Below are positions 22,901-31,151 of a stretch of 50,936 bases of DNA, in pieces. This stretch comes from Candidatus Eiseniibacteriota bacterium (GTDB lineage: Bacteria > Arandabacterota > Arandabacteria > Arandabacterales > Arandabacteraceae): assembly GCA_043810925.1 (NCBI GenBank), contig JBDRNT010000007.1, positions 1-50,936 of the forward strand, read 5' to 3'. The notes beneath the pieces were generated by a model that was not told the origin of the DNA, searched no databases, and was given only the letters and a program-made list of their open reading frames with translations. Made by a program: the position numbers and the translations under genes. The number at the start of each line of letters is the position of its first letter. The first letter of the stretch is position 1.

Positions 22901-24325
22901 ATCCCAGGGCATGACGCTGTCTGTCGGAGACGACATCACGATCATATCGGGAATCTGGTTATCGATCGCAAGCAGCCTGTTGGTAGGTGTGCCAAAGACA
23001 GTGGTATCACCCGAGTCACTGATCCAGATCATCGCGAGCGCCGAATCGGCTTCGCAGTCGGTCGAGTCCGGCAGTATCTGGAAGCAATAGGTGAAGATGC
23101 TGTCAAACGGGACACCATTACTGTCAGGCATCGAACAAACGACATCACCATAGTAAGGACTGTCTATGTGCCACCAACCCGAATCGGCGTAAGCCTGTCC
23201 GAGCAGGTGAGCATCGAAGCACAGGAACATGATATCGTCGTTCCCGTTCTCGTGAGCCAGCTTCCTCATATCTACGTAGAGACAGACCACGTCGGCCGGC
23301 AACCCAAGCGGTGCAGATGCAGGGTTCAAGATGAGGTCCGTCTCGCCGAAGATTGGCCCGTTACCCGCATTCATCGTATTGAAGGAGAAGAAGTAGTCGA
23401 TAGTCTCTTCGAACTCCGTCGGGTAGAGCCTCGTCCACGGTGATATATAGGTCGAGTGATGCGTGTCATAGTCGACGTACGCCACCCAAGCCTCGTTCGC
23501 CGGAGCCCACGAGCTCAGCGTATCCGTGTAGCCGTTAGTCATGTTGGCCGTCACGAGCACCGAGGGATCCGTGTGACCCATGTAATTACACGGTGTGTTG
23601 TCAATCCAGAAGCTGTCCGCATCGGATACGACAAGCGTATCGGCCCAGACCGAATCGGGTCCGACCTCTGCCCACGTTTCAAACTCGAAGTGGTCGCAGT
23701 CGGTACACGCCGCAGGGTTGGTACAGCAGACACCCGCAGCAGCCGTTATCGTGAACGTGAAAAACGTGTCGCCGCCTGCCCTGGCCCAGTACTGGGTCCC
23801 TGTGTAGGCCGGGGTAGGGAGCGTTCCCGTCACGTTACCGCTGACACGCCAGTAGGGACCACCTGGATCATAGCAGACCTCCCAGTGCTCGGTTCTTACA
23901 AGCACCGTGTCGGCAGGTCCACCCAGCCAGGCCTGGTCGGTGTGATAGAGCACCGGGTTGACCATCGAGGCAGTGCCGGTAACGCTACATGACGGTATCC
24001 AGGCATCCGCTGTGATCACCGCAGGCGAGCCCATGAAGTGGCTTAACATCTCTGCCGTGCCGCCGCCATACTTTCTCATGTCGGCAACGACAGAGGTCAC
24101 ACTGTCGGGATTACCCGGCGTCAGTGTGACTTCCACCACTATGGTGTCACCAATGCTGACCATGCCGTTACCGGGCTTCCCTGCAGGCTCTTCATCCCCG
24201 ATAAGCCTTATCTTAGGCCTCGGGTCGATGTTCACGACAGCATTAGCCACCGAGACCGTCCCTGCAAGGAGCGCAGCAACAAAAACCAGTACTACGAGCT
24301 TCCTTGACAAAGAATGGAGGTTCAT
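13943..24325 (-). CDS. Giant (~3460 aa) secreted acidic multi-Ig-like surface protein with C-terminal FlgD/T9SS-type sorting domain
   Basis: ATG at 24325 with AAAGGAG and a signal peptide; repeated DNxxP domain ends; C-terminus YPNPF...IYDFAG...W.G....G..VASGAY. An alternative GTG start exists at 24448. Confidence 0.9.
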   Translation of the reverse strand: MNLHSLSRKLVVLVFVAALLAGTVSVANAVVNIDPRPKIRLIGDEEPAGKPGNGMVSIGDTIVVEVTLTPGNPDSVTSVVADMRKYGGGTAEMLSHFMGSPAVITADAWIPSCSVTGTASMVNPVLYHTDQAWLGGPADTVLVRTEHWEVCYDPGGPYWRVSGNVTGTLPTPAYTGTQYWARAGGDTFFTFTITAAAGVCCTNPAACTDCDHFEFETWAEVGPDSVWADTLVVSDADSFWIDNTPCNYMGHTDPSVLVTANMTNGYTDTLSSWAPANEAWVAYVDYDTHHSTYISPWTRLYPTEFEETIDYFFSFNTMNAGNGPIFGETDLILNPASAPLGLPADVVCLYVDMRKLAHENGNDDIMFLCFDAHLLGQAYADSGWWHIDSPYYGDVVCSMPDSNGVPFDSIFTYCFQILPDSTDCEADSALAMIWISDSGDTTVFGTPTNRLLAIDNQIPDMIVMSSPTDSVMPWDIGFVADMANAGSPSLLNPASVGNPIPDWLQVTVDLEGLFDLADVVNGGRAFANMQGVGYYTANTLTTPFGQDYAAAMHPLSPVWGTDSIDVLASPPSPYGPWDQDSVLTQVYIFDNAGNYFMVGQWDTTLAIDNELPWCDAACCIGGPHIWCELEEDVASYAGYADVGAPVGGIYGNSYDNRDRIVLHANLGNIWGASEITDVVLMDNPYCNDPVPLLYDNGLNGADPVMGDKNYTGQTRIQVAGSAAGVCTLDTDELTQEFVVLVTDNSGNAAYDTSCVQPKVDNEPPTMTADHVAIMFWDDPETFGVDGDMDGDGIVTVGDSIIFEWRAEDQVWDDTEIDSVQVLCSSIDPSYPDTTVSLYWNPSGGVYRNHWPDGPGMAYPIKGGTIDGDTLCADFKVWDNAGNTNGWQNFCSDLVLDNYAPMIACSEIQISITGADTMCAAIGDEVGFYYDGVDDDVVEIGVLPGDLTSATADTLWLTEGASWSGSFTVDAGTTDNPAFTFAVFARDEVGNTYNCTSNSICVDNMAPSLTCANAYLRLWDYVDNIPTPIVNCGDNLTAVYFDVDGDVVSVEADFSNYGASIGTAGVVNMVFGFDGGPAYKWGYRVDPVPDGVVDQGPGGLGTLVLMSAIDDAGNTTSVWLCPIWFNESVLPDPIATPADTTYACGADCVGVDTERPGPPNADAITFELLESSNGIANVGDRLRIIVNMGDPTAPGYDMQWNTASVEADISQYGTAYFANYIDLVDDDYSAGGEGDGKFSYFFFWTGASGQELVEGAPILPGGAQLAADDPGTRIRVRSKDDAGNYSTGWVYSDVLVAANGGQTFAGDPVAVDNLIPTIDPADISVSFTDLDDNGICDIGDSVKVSVDMTDAPGGGVAGVWAYLYDWGYPYKGMVALTAQSPVYEVEFEVVRNPGDFCDDGVLFEDEACPGGDLLADSQPHPEVEVVAKDESDNWSEYDNAERPGVPVATLLGIPVGPAHLWVTSWPFVYAWTTSGPLAYMIADTDDPDPVNPDFDDLNMSDIRAWRLVDGRIGLDFWYEKNPRNMDVQEFYVFPSDEGGNIDLETFLGGPISAGMVPTAGPLDGAYEWVSDASVSEELEYFGVMAVDNAGNMSDPNYTMTVGIYGDATYPTATVEAFRDENWEEGVPTDIGDHSVYFLGYLVEDEYWDVCYVEWWGRVADSNPFVPGPQPGEWQLLFNEGTYPAGVTLPTAPYRCEADVLPGIFSMEACTNLEIVAIPWDVAGNHQPVGEADPFMFTWDDFMPVVTMFTVDGVSSPQSLEAAGTVEVIVRAYDECPETGVLHYALYLDQIGGVNITDQFLDGQSLAPGEAFTYTWDLTNYPAGAAQLTIDVDDEGMSGTTSQDGPVVNVLDQSAPGGVLAAGTTPGTAYQEGAHWPSDWDFDFYFLVEWPQAIGTANYDVGEVSVDYMVQGSMADWTPIGTKTTVPTFNGPTSGAYWYPYNFAFDTSIFTETTMLDVRATVMDHIGNTQETIMTITINPIAPDMAMEIPEAIEACGNDHMVAAPFNIIATETITSGVDTKDVKVFYKWHSDPDLHSSWTTAVADLEPTPYTNETVWRALVSTWSPGTGEFDLLLGTTDVAGNNSWDLDDDGLIDPGAFGTAPAGMKMTVYVSSAAADVRLWTLNEFDATDLGTVLYVQCGTDVTVTSMIDNTCEVARVDYFLGGSALIANPTHVGTSTTGPGYEATFPVSGDICDLLKPGALQNGYVKVAVKVTLTDLWGRTRTYTDSLVVLDQGAASAFVTDPLNGECISGGVVLNADVFDADAVYDVTYEYRTADVLGDWTHIATTKPNCGDPWATGIDNMPIYWYTNLLADGPYDLRAVSRDANLMPDPGPPTIRVTVDNTVPDVVLTIDPTVESGGITWIGGWNGITLTADVDDGEGCGVECVVFGYKSVEQASFSSITHSDCYYPFAVLWDSCGEYPFCYYQSGDYLLQAETEDKAGNIGYDTVAVYIDHWAPEAWITTIEDAWGTLTTVTPDDPCCCYDVWGVITLSGMGEDLVPSGSVMNTARNSGLVKAQFQYREYDPETECGYLDLLQASEPEDGDWFDLGDPVDVGSGEFSRDWDTGALAKAYYLVRTIGIDLVGNRYDMGCFGYTPPAVCIHVTDMIPPAAVIAGADDVTGYVWAVVDDHDQNDVAFVRFEFMDEDGVAWTVIGEVDESISRGLYGVPWHYIQTRIPVGSYWVRAVAYDDDWDPIQRPNMYDQNPAKMLITIASDGVTMASTSEITSLTRWGNLEECEDITWKAVSVDKPVVIGVFDNDPEDHFNTPWANWRDGLIRGDDPAAWYDHFAIDEVDPWGTLTLIATHNDDGIVGAVTNKVNLYKASDREGTRGPVSQDGMTVDIPAGAFDDTDGLLIIQVPELIADPSIDDPIAIGDPVMMTFLDHGDCDHYRFENGVRGWICMDYDDADIPQGYDEEDLRIAWWSQDDQEWYFEDCGVDFALPTVDTEANKACVYVDQTGTYAVTATKPLRITTPVFDPRCACGEGVCYTSVWPSFCTIIEDLRYDYIDEIKVVLDGPAGNPIYDDMTIYDAGGGEYEGSGWFSEVTYGAGWYGSYEPTSNRLCLKLVQPDSWSYYWDYWDEDWFFFYGDIISGGLPAGTYTLDITAQNEMGDTEYLTYTFMVDATAPDVDFIGEYVMKDPVFTLTVTDDESGVETGSIFLDIYGVTPDDDFCCDYDTEHEDYLGTATPTALEFDPVTGGYTVTFGKMAYGGTLRDGMSIDVVVYDGTYTSSNCEYGECRQYHTDDGVVDCAENHANPMWRRFTVDATPPTMEIVSDEGASVIKIEICDTGAGIDSDKLLVDNVPLSQTDYDWSWTPMSPTCGILRIDIGEGAVDINITATDGAGNFQVVEITTSADVVDLFNIKSYPNPFDPAAGENANIVYTLSKPAHVTISIYDFAGGHVKTIVDMYRGAGTYTDMWMGVDGGGNPVASGAYIAYIKVEDSYKTVTRNLKIGVVRGGN

Positions 24326-24794
24326 ATCTCCTTTCCTCCTCTCATGCGTAAACCCTTTTTTGCCTTCGACCTCATCACCAGAAAAATAAGAAAGAACAGA
24401 ACCAACGGAATAGATTGCACTACTGAACTTATGAGTCCATTTACTCACGGCTCATGACCTCCTTACTTTACCGTTCTGATGCCGAAGACATACAAAGACC
24501 CCGACCTCCATCGGGAATCTCCTGTCTTCTTGCAGCTTATTTCCGTTCTCAACATTCATGCGCTAAAAAGTTGGTTGCCTGCGAGCGATAAAAAGCACCA
24601 ACGAACATCCCCGTCTGGAGCAGATCTCTCGCAGCGATATTTAGCTCCCTCCTTTCAGATGCAATCCTGACTTGCACAAATCCCCTGTGTGAATTTTCGA
24701 AACCATGCCACACGCACCCATTTGCTGTCAAGTGCAAAACCTGTCTAACTATCCCGGAAAACACTAAACGTCATCTGTCCGAAATTCGGTTGCC

Positions 24795-24824
24795 AAACTA
24801 TCATGTATTAAAAGAACCTGTCAA
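24795..24824 (-). promoter_or_regulatory. Candidate sigma70 promoter for the giant gene
   Basis: TTGACA-18-TAGTTT with an extended TG. A second TTGACA...TGgCATGGT lies near 24731-24702. Confidence 0.5.
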
Positions 24825-24957
24825 GAAAAAAAAGTCTTTGCAACTAAAATTCCCAATTAGCCAATCTTTTGCAATCTTTGACATTTCAGACATTCGCCTT
24901 AAGCTATACATCCGGTAGTTTCGGCAACACCATGATTCGCCTTGAGAAAAAAATGTG

Positions 24958-25401
24958 TCATACGTCCTTGTCACGCTTCTGTCCCTTGTTCTCGGCGGGT
25001 GCATCCGGTTCCGGTTGCGGGGCCGCGTTTTCTGCACCTGCCTCCCCCACGGTATCCTCTTTCCCTGCCTTCTCAGGCTCTTTTTTCGTATCCCCTTCAC
25101 CGTCGGCCGTCTTCTTGCCGGCAGCCTGTTTTGCTTCAACCTCGGTCTCCTCGACGTAGTTCATCCTCAACTCAAGGAGGGTCGAGTCGAGGAGCCTGCC
25201 GAGATCCTCAGAGAGATTGCCCCTGCTCTTGCCCTTGAGCATCTCGAGCATGTCAATCGAGAAGCTGGCCTGCTCCATGCTCTTCTCTATCTTTCCGGTG
25301 ATGGGATTCATGATCTTGCCCATCTGTTGCAGAGCTGCATTCTTGAAAAGGAGAACCAGATTGACAAACAGCGCGTCCATTTTCTCTGCGTTCTCAACCA
25401 C
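24958..25401 (-). CDS. DUF1844-domain protein
   Basis: ALQQMGKIMNPITG...IDMLEMLKGKSRGNL...LRMNYV, followed by a low-complexity tail. Confidence 0.85.
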   Translation of the reverse strand: MVENAEKMDALFVNLVLLFKNAALQQMGKIMNPITGKIEKSMEQASFSIDMLEMLKGKSRGNLSEDLGRLLDSTLLELRMNYVEETEVEAKQAAGKKTADGEGDTKKEPEKAGKEDTVGEAGAENAAPQPEPDAPAENKGQKRDKDV

Positions 25402-25414
25402 AGGTGTAACCCCT

Positions 25415-25879
25415 TTACGTCTCCCGCTCTCCGTTGAAAGCACGAAGCGCGAGATCCATCTCATCTAAAAACTGGACAGGACGCCGGTACCCAACCACCC
25501 TGTGAATTTCTTCGCCCTTGTGATCGATGAAAAGTATTGTCGGCAATCCCTGGACTTTGTACTTGGATGCAAGATCTGTTTCGACATCCGCATCGATTTT
25601 AAGACTGATGAACTTCTTAGCCTTCAACATCACATCCGCGTCGACGTAGGTGTCCTTGTCGAGACGCTTGCACCATCCACACCAGTCGGCATAGAAATCT
25701 ATCATTATCGGTACATCCTTGTTCTCGGCTATCCGGATGGCCTCATCATATGATGCAAGCCACTTGACTCCGTCGCCGACTTCTTCCGTTTCCTTTGTGC
25801 AGGAGCCCAGGATCAACACAGCCACAAGTAGCGAGGCTATGAGTAGAGTATGTATCTTCTTAGACGTTGTCGCTGACAT
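25415..25879 (-). CDS. Thioredoxin-fold lipoprotein
   Basis: Lipobox LGSC, DFYADWCGWCK and cis-Pro motif GLPT. Confidence 0.9.
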   Translation of the reverse strand: MSATTSKKIHTLLIASLLVAVLILGSCTKETEEVGDGVKWLASYDEAIRIAENKDVPIMIDFYADWCGWCKRLDKDTYVDADVMLKAKKFISLKIDADVETDLASKYKVQGLPTILFIDHKGEEIHRVVGYRRPVQFLDEMDLALRAFNGERET

Positions 25880-26083
25880 TAGTTAGACACCCTTCTTACC
25901 AGAGGCAAAAGAAATGAGGCTTTAAAGAGCAGGGCAGATTGGAAGTTAGCAAACCTCCCGAAACGTGTCAAGCCTATTTTTGTTTTTTTCTGTTCCGGTA
26001 TCCTATACATCTATAGTGGCGTCTCTGCAACCAACCTCTCGCCGACACCATGAAACACACTTTCGTTTTTTTGCCTTTTTTGA

Positions 26084-26112
26084 TTGACTTGAAATTGGCG
26101 AAGTGATAAATT
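26084..26112 (+). promoter_or_regulatory. Sigma70-type promoter for the ompA-like gene
   Basis: TTGACT-17-TAAATT with TG at -15/-14. Confidence 0.6.
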
Positions 26113-26261
26113 GCCCCCAGCCTTGCTCAGAAAAGAACCGTAAAGATAGTAGTACACGCAAGGCACGGCGGTCATGAGCGAAGGAGGTGGTTTGACTCTT
26201 GAATAGGTATATCCCGGTTTCACGGGATTCAGATAGTGTAGGTCCAAAGGGAGGAGTTGCT

Positions 26262-27596
26262 ATGAAGAACCTTTGTTTCATTCTTGTCTGTCTGGTTGTG
26301 ACCCTGGCGGTAGCAACGTGTTTTGCCAACCCCAGGCGGGTGGGCGTAGGCGTTTCCGGCGGCGGTATGCTTCTCAGAGGTGCCGATGATGCACCGGAGG
26401 ATGGCTTTATGGAGGACGCCAAGCTGGGGCCCGGGATGAGTTTCATCGTGCGGAAGTCGCTTTCCGATCACTGGTCACTCGGACTCAATGTCGGCTATGG
26501 CTGGAACTACGACAACGACAACGGGAATACCGGATACAGGACCAACCTCATACCTGTGGACCTCAACGCGATTTATACCCTGCTTCCCGACGCCACGGCC
26601 AGCCCGTACTTCACCGGTGGTGTCGGTGTGGTCAACTGGGATGCCAACTACCGTCCTGAAGGCCTTGATCTCGAAGGCGAGCGGGATCCCGCATTCGGAG
26701 TCGGGGCGGGTCTGGAGGTATTCCTGACCGAAGTAATCGCCCTGGATCTCGGTGGCAAGTTCCGCTACATGCTTACGGATGACAAGGACCTGATCGGATT
26801 GAGCTACCACAATCCCGAGCTCACCGCCAGCAACGACAAGTACCTCTGGTACTTCGGGCTCGGTTTGACGTGGTATCCGGGCAAGTGCAAGGACGATGAC
26901 AGCGACGGCATCTGTAACAGGCAGGATGATTGTCCTGATACGCCGCTGGGCTGCATTGTCGATGAGAGAGGCTGTGAGATCGACTCAGACGGTGACGGCG
27001 TATGTGACGGCAACGATAAGTGTCCCGACACCCCGATGGGTGCTACTGTCGATAAGAGAGGCTGCCCCAAGGATTCGGACGGCGACGGCGTCTTTGACGG
27101 CATCGACAAGTGTCCGGATACGCCCAAGGGCTGCCGTGTCGATGAGGTCGGGTGCCCGATGGATTCAGACGGTGACGGCGTGTGTGACGGCATCGACAAG
27201 TGTCCGGATACGCCCAAGGGCGTTGAGGTCGATGAGGTCGGTTGCCCGAAGCTCCCCGATCTAAAGGAGCTTGAAGGCATAACCTTCAGATTCGACAAGT
27301 CCAACGTCATCCCGACACCCAACGAGATCCTTGACAGGGCAGTTGAGCTTCTGGCCGCTTATCCCAATGTCAAGATTGAGATACAAGGCCACACCGACAG
27401 CGTTGGGAGCGAAGATTACAATATGAAGCTCGGCAAGCTCCGCGCAGACTCGGTCAGGCAGTATCTCGCTGACCACGGTGTCAACGTGGATAACATGACC
27501 ACGAAGAGCTTCGGTGAGACCAAGCCGATAGATTCAAACGACACCAAGGAAGGTCGCAGCAAGAACAGAAGGATTCAATTCGTGATCGCGAAATAG
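26262..27596 (+). CDS. OmpA-family protein (beta-barrel, thrombospondin type 3 repeats, OmpA_C)
   Basis: Signal peptide, DSDGDGVxDGxDKCPDTP repeats, GHTDSVG and GRSKNRRI motifs. Confidence 0.95.
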   Translation: MKNLCFILVCLVVTLAVATCFANPRRVGVGVSGGGMLLRGADDAPEDGFMEDAKLGPGMSFIVRKSLSDHWSLGLNVGYGWNYDNDNGNTGYRTNLIPVDLNAIYTLLPDATASPYFTGGVGVVNWDANYRPEGLDLEGERDPAFGVGAGLEVFLTEVIALDLGGKFRYMLTDDKDLIGLSYHNPELTASNDKYLWYFGLGLTWYPGKCKDDDSDGICNRQDDCPDTPLGCIVDERGCEIDSDGDGVCDGNDKCPDTPMGATVDKRGCPKDSDGDGVFDGIDKCPDTPKGCRVDEVGCPMDSDGDGVCDGIDKCPDTPKGVEVDEVGCPKLPDLKELEGITFRFDKSNVIPTPNEILDRAVELLAAYPNVKIEIQGHTDSVGSEDYNMKLGKLRADSVRQYLADHGVNVDNMTTKSFGETKPIDSNDTKEGRSKNRRIQFVIAK

Positions 27597-27610
27597 ACAG
27601 GCGTTTCAAG

Positions 27611-27646
27611 GAGAAGGGGCACCGGTTGGTGCCCCTTTTCTTTTTA
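27611..27646 (+). terminator. Rho-independent terminator
   Basis: AAGGGGCACC-GGTT-GGTGCCCCTT followed by a T-rich tract. Confidence 0.85.
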
Positions 27647-27652
27647 TGTATT

Positions 27653-27756
27653 TGGGGTCAAAATCTAACGGGGTCACAAAGTCTAACGGGGTCAGAGCTC
27701 AAGAATGCATACCGCATTTTTGAGCTCTGACCCCGTTAGACTCCAAAGCCTGACCC
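27653..27756. repeat. Family A-related repeat cluster with a 28-bp hairpin
   Basis: GTCTAACGGGGTCAGAGCTCAAGAATGC and GCATTTTTGAGCTCTGACCCCGTTAGAC (27681-27741), partial tandem copies upstream, and CAAAGCCTGACCC downstream. Confidence 0.8.
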
Positions 27757-27763
27757 TAAGATG

Positions 27764-28060
27764 CTATATCGAGGAAGTTACCGGCAGGACAAACGCCTTG
27801 ACACCCTCTTCCCTGTGGATGTCTTTCATCTGCCTGACGGTCTGAAGTAACCTCTCCTTCCCGTCGGAATCCACACAGATAAGAAGCATGGTGTTGGTCC
27901 CGGGCCAGACGTGACTGTCGAGCCTGGGTTCGGAAGATGTCCCCACGCCCTGGACACCGACGATCTTCGTATAGGAGTTCATCCCGGCGGCCTTGAGAGC
28001 ATCCATCATCTCACTCTCGATTGAACAACTGAAAACAACGAGCACCATCTCATCAGCCAT
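27764..28060 (-). CDS. P-II-like, PG0541-type transporter-associated protein
   Basis: YTKIVGVQGVG..EPRLDSHVWPGTN and KAFVLPV; last gene of the RND operon. Confidence 0.8.
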   Translation of the reverse strand: MADEMVLVVFSCSIESEMMDALKAAGMNSYTKIVGVQGVGTSSEPRLDSHVWPGTNTMLLICVDSDGKERLLQTVRQMKDIHREEGVKAFVLPVTSSI

Positions 28061-28075
28061 TACGCTGCGTCTCCT

Positions 28076-31000
28076 TTAGGCCTCGCGCCGGCGCTTGAGT
28101 CTCTCCATAAACCTCTCAAAACTCATGTACACCACGGGGATAATTACGAGAGTCAGGATCGTGGATGCCCCCAGCCCTCCTATCACGGATCTTGCCATAG
28201 GTGAATTAAGCTCCGATCCCTCGCCCAGCCCGAGCGCCATTGGAGTCATGGCAAGGATCGTTGTGCATGCGGTCATCAGGATCGGGCGACGCCGGGTCCT
28301 CGCAGCCGTGACGACCGCCTCTTCCAGCTCGAGACCCCTCGCCCTCAGAAGGTTGGTATAGTCCACCAGTATTATGGCGTTGTTGACCACAATGCCCGCC
28401 AGGACGATCACTCCGATCAGGGAATTGATGCTCAGGGTCGTCCCCGTTAAGAACAGCATCCAGGCGACACCTATAAATGAAAGAGGAAGCGAGAACATGA
28501 TGATGAAGGGGTGCCTCAATGACTCGAACTGTGAGGCCATGACCATATAGACAAGGAAAACGGCCCCAACAAGTGCAAGACCAAGCCACATAAATGACTT
28601 GCTGACCTCCTCTGCCTCCCCCGCTATCTCCGCCACGAAGTCGGGTGGTACCTGAAGCTCTTCCAACTGCTCGCGGAGATCACCGACCACCGCACCGAGG
28701 TCGCGTTCACCGGTTAGATTGCCTGTGACAGTGACCAGGCGCTGCTGGCCTTTGCGCTCAATCTCAACCGGACCGCCCGTGACTTCCATGCTTGCAACCG
28801 TGGCAAGCGGTATGGGATCACCCGACGGGGTGGGAATCAGGACATTCATGATATCCTCAAGCGAGCGGCGTTTCTCTTCGGGCAGCCTCACCCTGATGCT
28901 GTATTCCTTTCCGCCCTCTCTGTACTGGCCCGCAACCTCACCCATCACGGCCGTTTGTATCGAATACGCTATGGAAGTAACACTCAACCCGTAGTAGGCG
29001 GCTTTCTCACTGTCGATCACTATCTGGGACTCGGGTTTGCCCTCCGCCCTGCTTACTCTCACATCGGTCGCGCCGTATATGCCTTTCATGATGCGCTCAA
29101 CGTCGTTGGCGAGTTTCCGCCCCACCTCGAGGTCATGCCCGTAGATCTCCACTGCAAGCCTCGCTCCACCGAACATCATCTGCGAAAACTGGTCCGCCTG
29201 GAAATAAGCCTTCGCACCTGGAATCTGGGTCAGGTGAGGCCCAAGGGCGAGACGAATCTCATCGTCACTCCTGTCACGTTTATTGAGTCCCACAACCCTG
29301 AAGGCCACGCGTCCCATGTGGCTGCCCGTGCCACCGAAAAATGCGCCGAAGCCCGTCCCCTGCCCGATCCTCGCGAACATGGTCTCGATCTCGGGCACGT
29401 CCCTGCGTAAGATCGTCTCAACGTCCTTAACAGCCCCTTCGGTGACATCGAGCCTCGTACCGACAGGCATCTCAACGGTGATCTGGAACTCGCCGGGTTC
29501 GCTGTGGGGCATGAACTCAACGCCTACATAACGGATCAGGCTGACACTCAGCACAAAGATCACCACCGCAATTGCCAGGGTAACCTTTCTGTGTCTTAAG
29601 GCCCACCGCAGCATACCTTCATACCAGCCACCCGCCTTCACCGAGCGTCTTTCCTCACGGACCTTCCTCTTAACGGTCAGGACCTTGGAGGCCAGCAGCG
29701 GAATCAGGGTCAGAGCAACGAAAAGCGAGCACAACAGTGCGAACACGACCGTGATCGCCATGTCCCTGAAGAAGATCCCGGCGATCCCGGGCACGAACAC
29801 AACGGGGAGAAAGACGGCCACAGTCGTGAGGACCGAAGCGGTGATAGCGTTGGCGACCTCACTGGCTCCATAGACCGCCGCATCCTTCCGCGTCAGTCCC
29901 TTTTCTCGCTGCCGGAAGATGTTCTCCAGCACCACAATGGAACTGTCGACAAGCATCCCGATTCCGAGCGCAAGCCCGCCCATCGAGATCATGTTGAGGG
30001 TGACATTGGCAAACCGCATCACAATGAAGGTCGCGATCACCGACACCGGAATTGATGTCGCTATAATAAGCGTCGACGGTATGTTCCTGAGGAAGAGCAG
30101 GAGCACAACCACGGCCAGGATAGCACCCTGGACCGCTACCGACCTGAGGTTTCCGATCGAGCTCTTGATATACTCGGCTGAATCCATGACGACCACGAAC
30201 TCAACCTCGAGCAGATCCTCGATACGGCTGAGCTCTCCCTTGACCCTGTCGGATACTTCGACAGTGTTCGCAGTGGACTGCTTCTGGATCATCACCATCA
30301 GGCCCGGTTTCCCGCCGAGCCTGAGTTCCTCTACGCGGTCCGCAAATGCATCCTCAACAAACGCCACATCCCTGAGGTACACAGGAGACCCTTCCACACG
30401 GGCCACGACCACGTCGTTTATCTCACCGACTGATTCAAACTCGCCCGTCGTTCTGACGAGAAAATCACTTCGTCCCTGTTCAACGCGTCCGCCCGGCACC
30501 CGCACATTCTCCGCGCGGAGCGCATGGACCAGATGTCCAAGCGTAAGTCCATACGCCTTGAGTTTCTCATCGTCGGCATAGACGTGGATCTCCCGCTGTT
30601 TGCCGCCCTGGGTATAGACGGCGGCAACGCCCTGGATCCGCTCGAGCCTTGGCTCGATCTGGTCCTCCGACAATGTCCGGAGCTCCGCAAGGCTGTAGTC
30701 ACCCCCGACACCGAGGAACAAAACCGGCATAGCCGATGTTGAGAACTTGAAGATGAACGGAGCGTCTGCATCATCAGGCAGGAACGGCGCAACGAAATCG
30801 ACCGCTTCTCTGACGTCAAGCGAGGCAATGTCCATCTCCTTGCCCCACTTGAACTGAACCATGACGAATGAAAGTCCCTCTCGCGATGACGATGTCACCT
30901 CTTCAACATCTTCAACGGCAGCCACCGCTTCTTCGATCGGTTTGGTTATGAGCGTCTCGATGTCCTCCGGGGAGACACCCTCATAAGTCGTAACAATCGA

Positions 31001-31135
31001 GACTGTGGGAAAGTCGATGTCCGGATAGAGATCGATATTGATGTTGCTCACACTGACAATGCCGAGAGCGACAATGCCGATATAGAGCATAAGGAAGGTT
31101 ATCGGTCTTGAAGTGGAGGTATTGGGAAGTCCCAT
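28076..31135 (-). CDS. RND efflux permease (AcrB/AcrD/AcrF family)
   Basis: 1019 aa; GMLVDSSIVVLENI, GIVVNNAIILVD and RRRPILMT motifs. Confidence 0.96.
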   Translation of the reverse strand: MGLPNTSTSRPITFLMLYIGIVALGIVSVSNINIDLYPDIDFPTVSIVTTYEGVSPEDIETLITKPIEEAVAAVEDVEEVTSSSREGLSFVMVQFKWGKEMDIASLDVREAVDFVAPFLPDDADAPFIFKFSTSAMPVLFLGVGGDYSLAELRTLSEDQIEPRLERIQGVAAVYTQGGKQREIHVYADDEKLKAYGLTLGHLVHALRAENVRVPGGRVEQGRSDFLVRTTGEFESVGEINDVVVARVEGSPVYLRDVAFVEDAFADRVEELRLGGKPGLMVMIQKQSTANTVEVSDRVKGELSRIEDLLEVEFVVVMDSAEYIKSSIGNLRSVAVQGAILAVVVLLLFLRNIPSTLIIATSIPVSVIATFIVMRFANVTLNMISMGGLALGIGMLVDSSIVVLENIFRQREKGLTRKDAAVYGASEVANAITASVLTTVAVFLPVVFVPGIAGIFFRDMAITVVFALLCSLFVALTLIPLLASKVLTVKRKVREERRSVKAGGWYEGMLRWALRHRKVTLAIAVVIFVLSVSLIRYVGVEFMPHSEPGEFQITVEMPVGTRLDVTEGAVKDVETILRRDVPEIETMFARIGQGTGFGAFFGGTGSHMGRVAFRVVGLNKRDRSDDEIRLALGPHLTQIPGAKAYFQADQFSQMMFGGARLAVEIYGHDLEVGRKLANDVERIMKGIYGATDVRVSRAEGKPESQIVIDSEKAAYYGLSVTSIAYSIQTAVMGEVAGQYREGGKEYSIRVRLPEEKRRSLEDIMNVLIPTPSGDPIPLATVASMEVTGGPVEIERKGQQRLVTVTGNLTGERDLGAVVGDLREQLEELQVPPDFVAEIAGEAEEVSKSFMWLGLALVGAVFLVYMVMASQFESLRHPFIIMFSLPLSFIGVAWMLFLTGTTLSINSLIGVIVLAGIVVNNAIILVDYTNLLRARGLELEEAVVTAARTRRRPILMTACTTILAMTPMALGLGEGSELNSPMARSVIGGLGASTILTLVIIPVVYMSFERFMERLKRRREA

Positions 31136-31151
31136 TCTTCCGCCTGTTCCT

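Noticed and set aside
14564-23992. Long plus-strand ORFs (e.g. 15659-19066, 1135 aa; 19154-20587)
   Set aside because: They are antisense shadows of the giant gene caused by codon bias; they are Arg/His/Val-rich with no domain signal.
26890-27255. 87-bp tandem repeats
   Set aside because: They are explained as thrombospondin type 3 repeats within OmpA.
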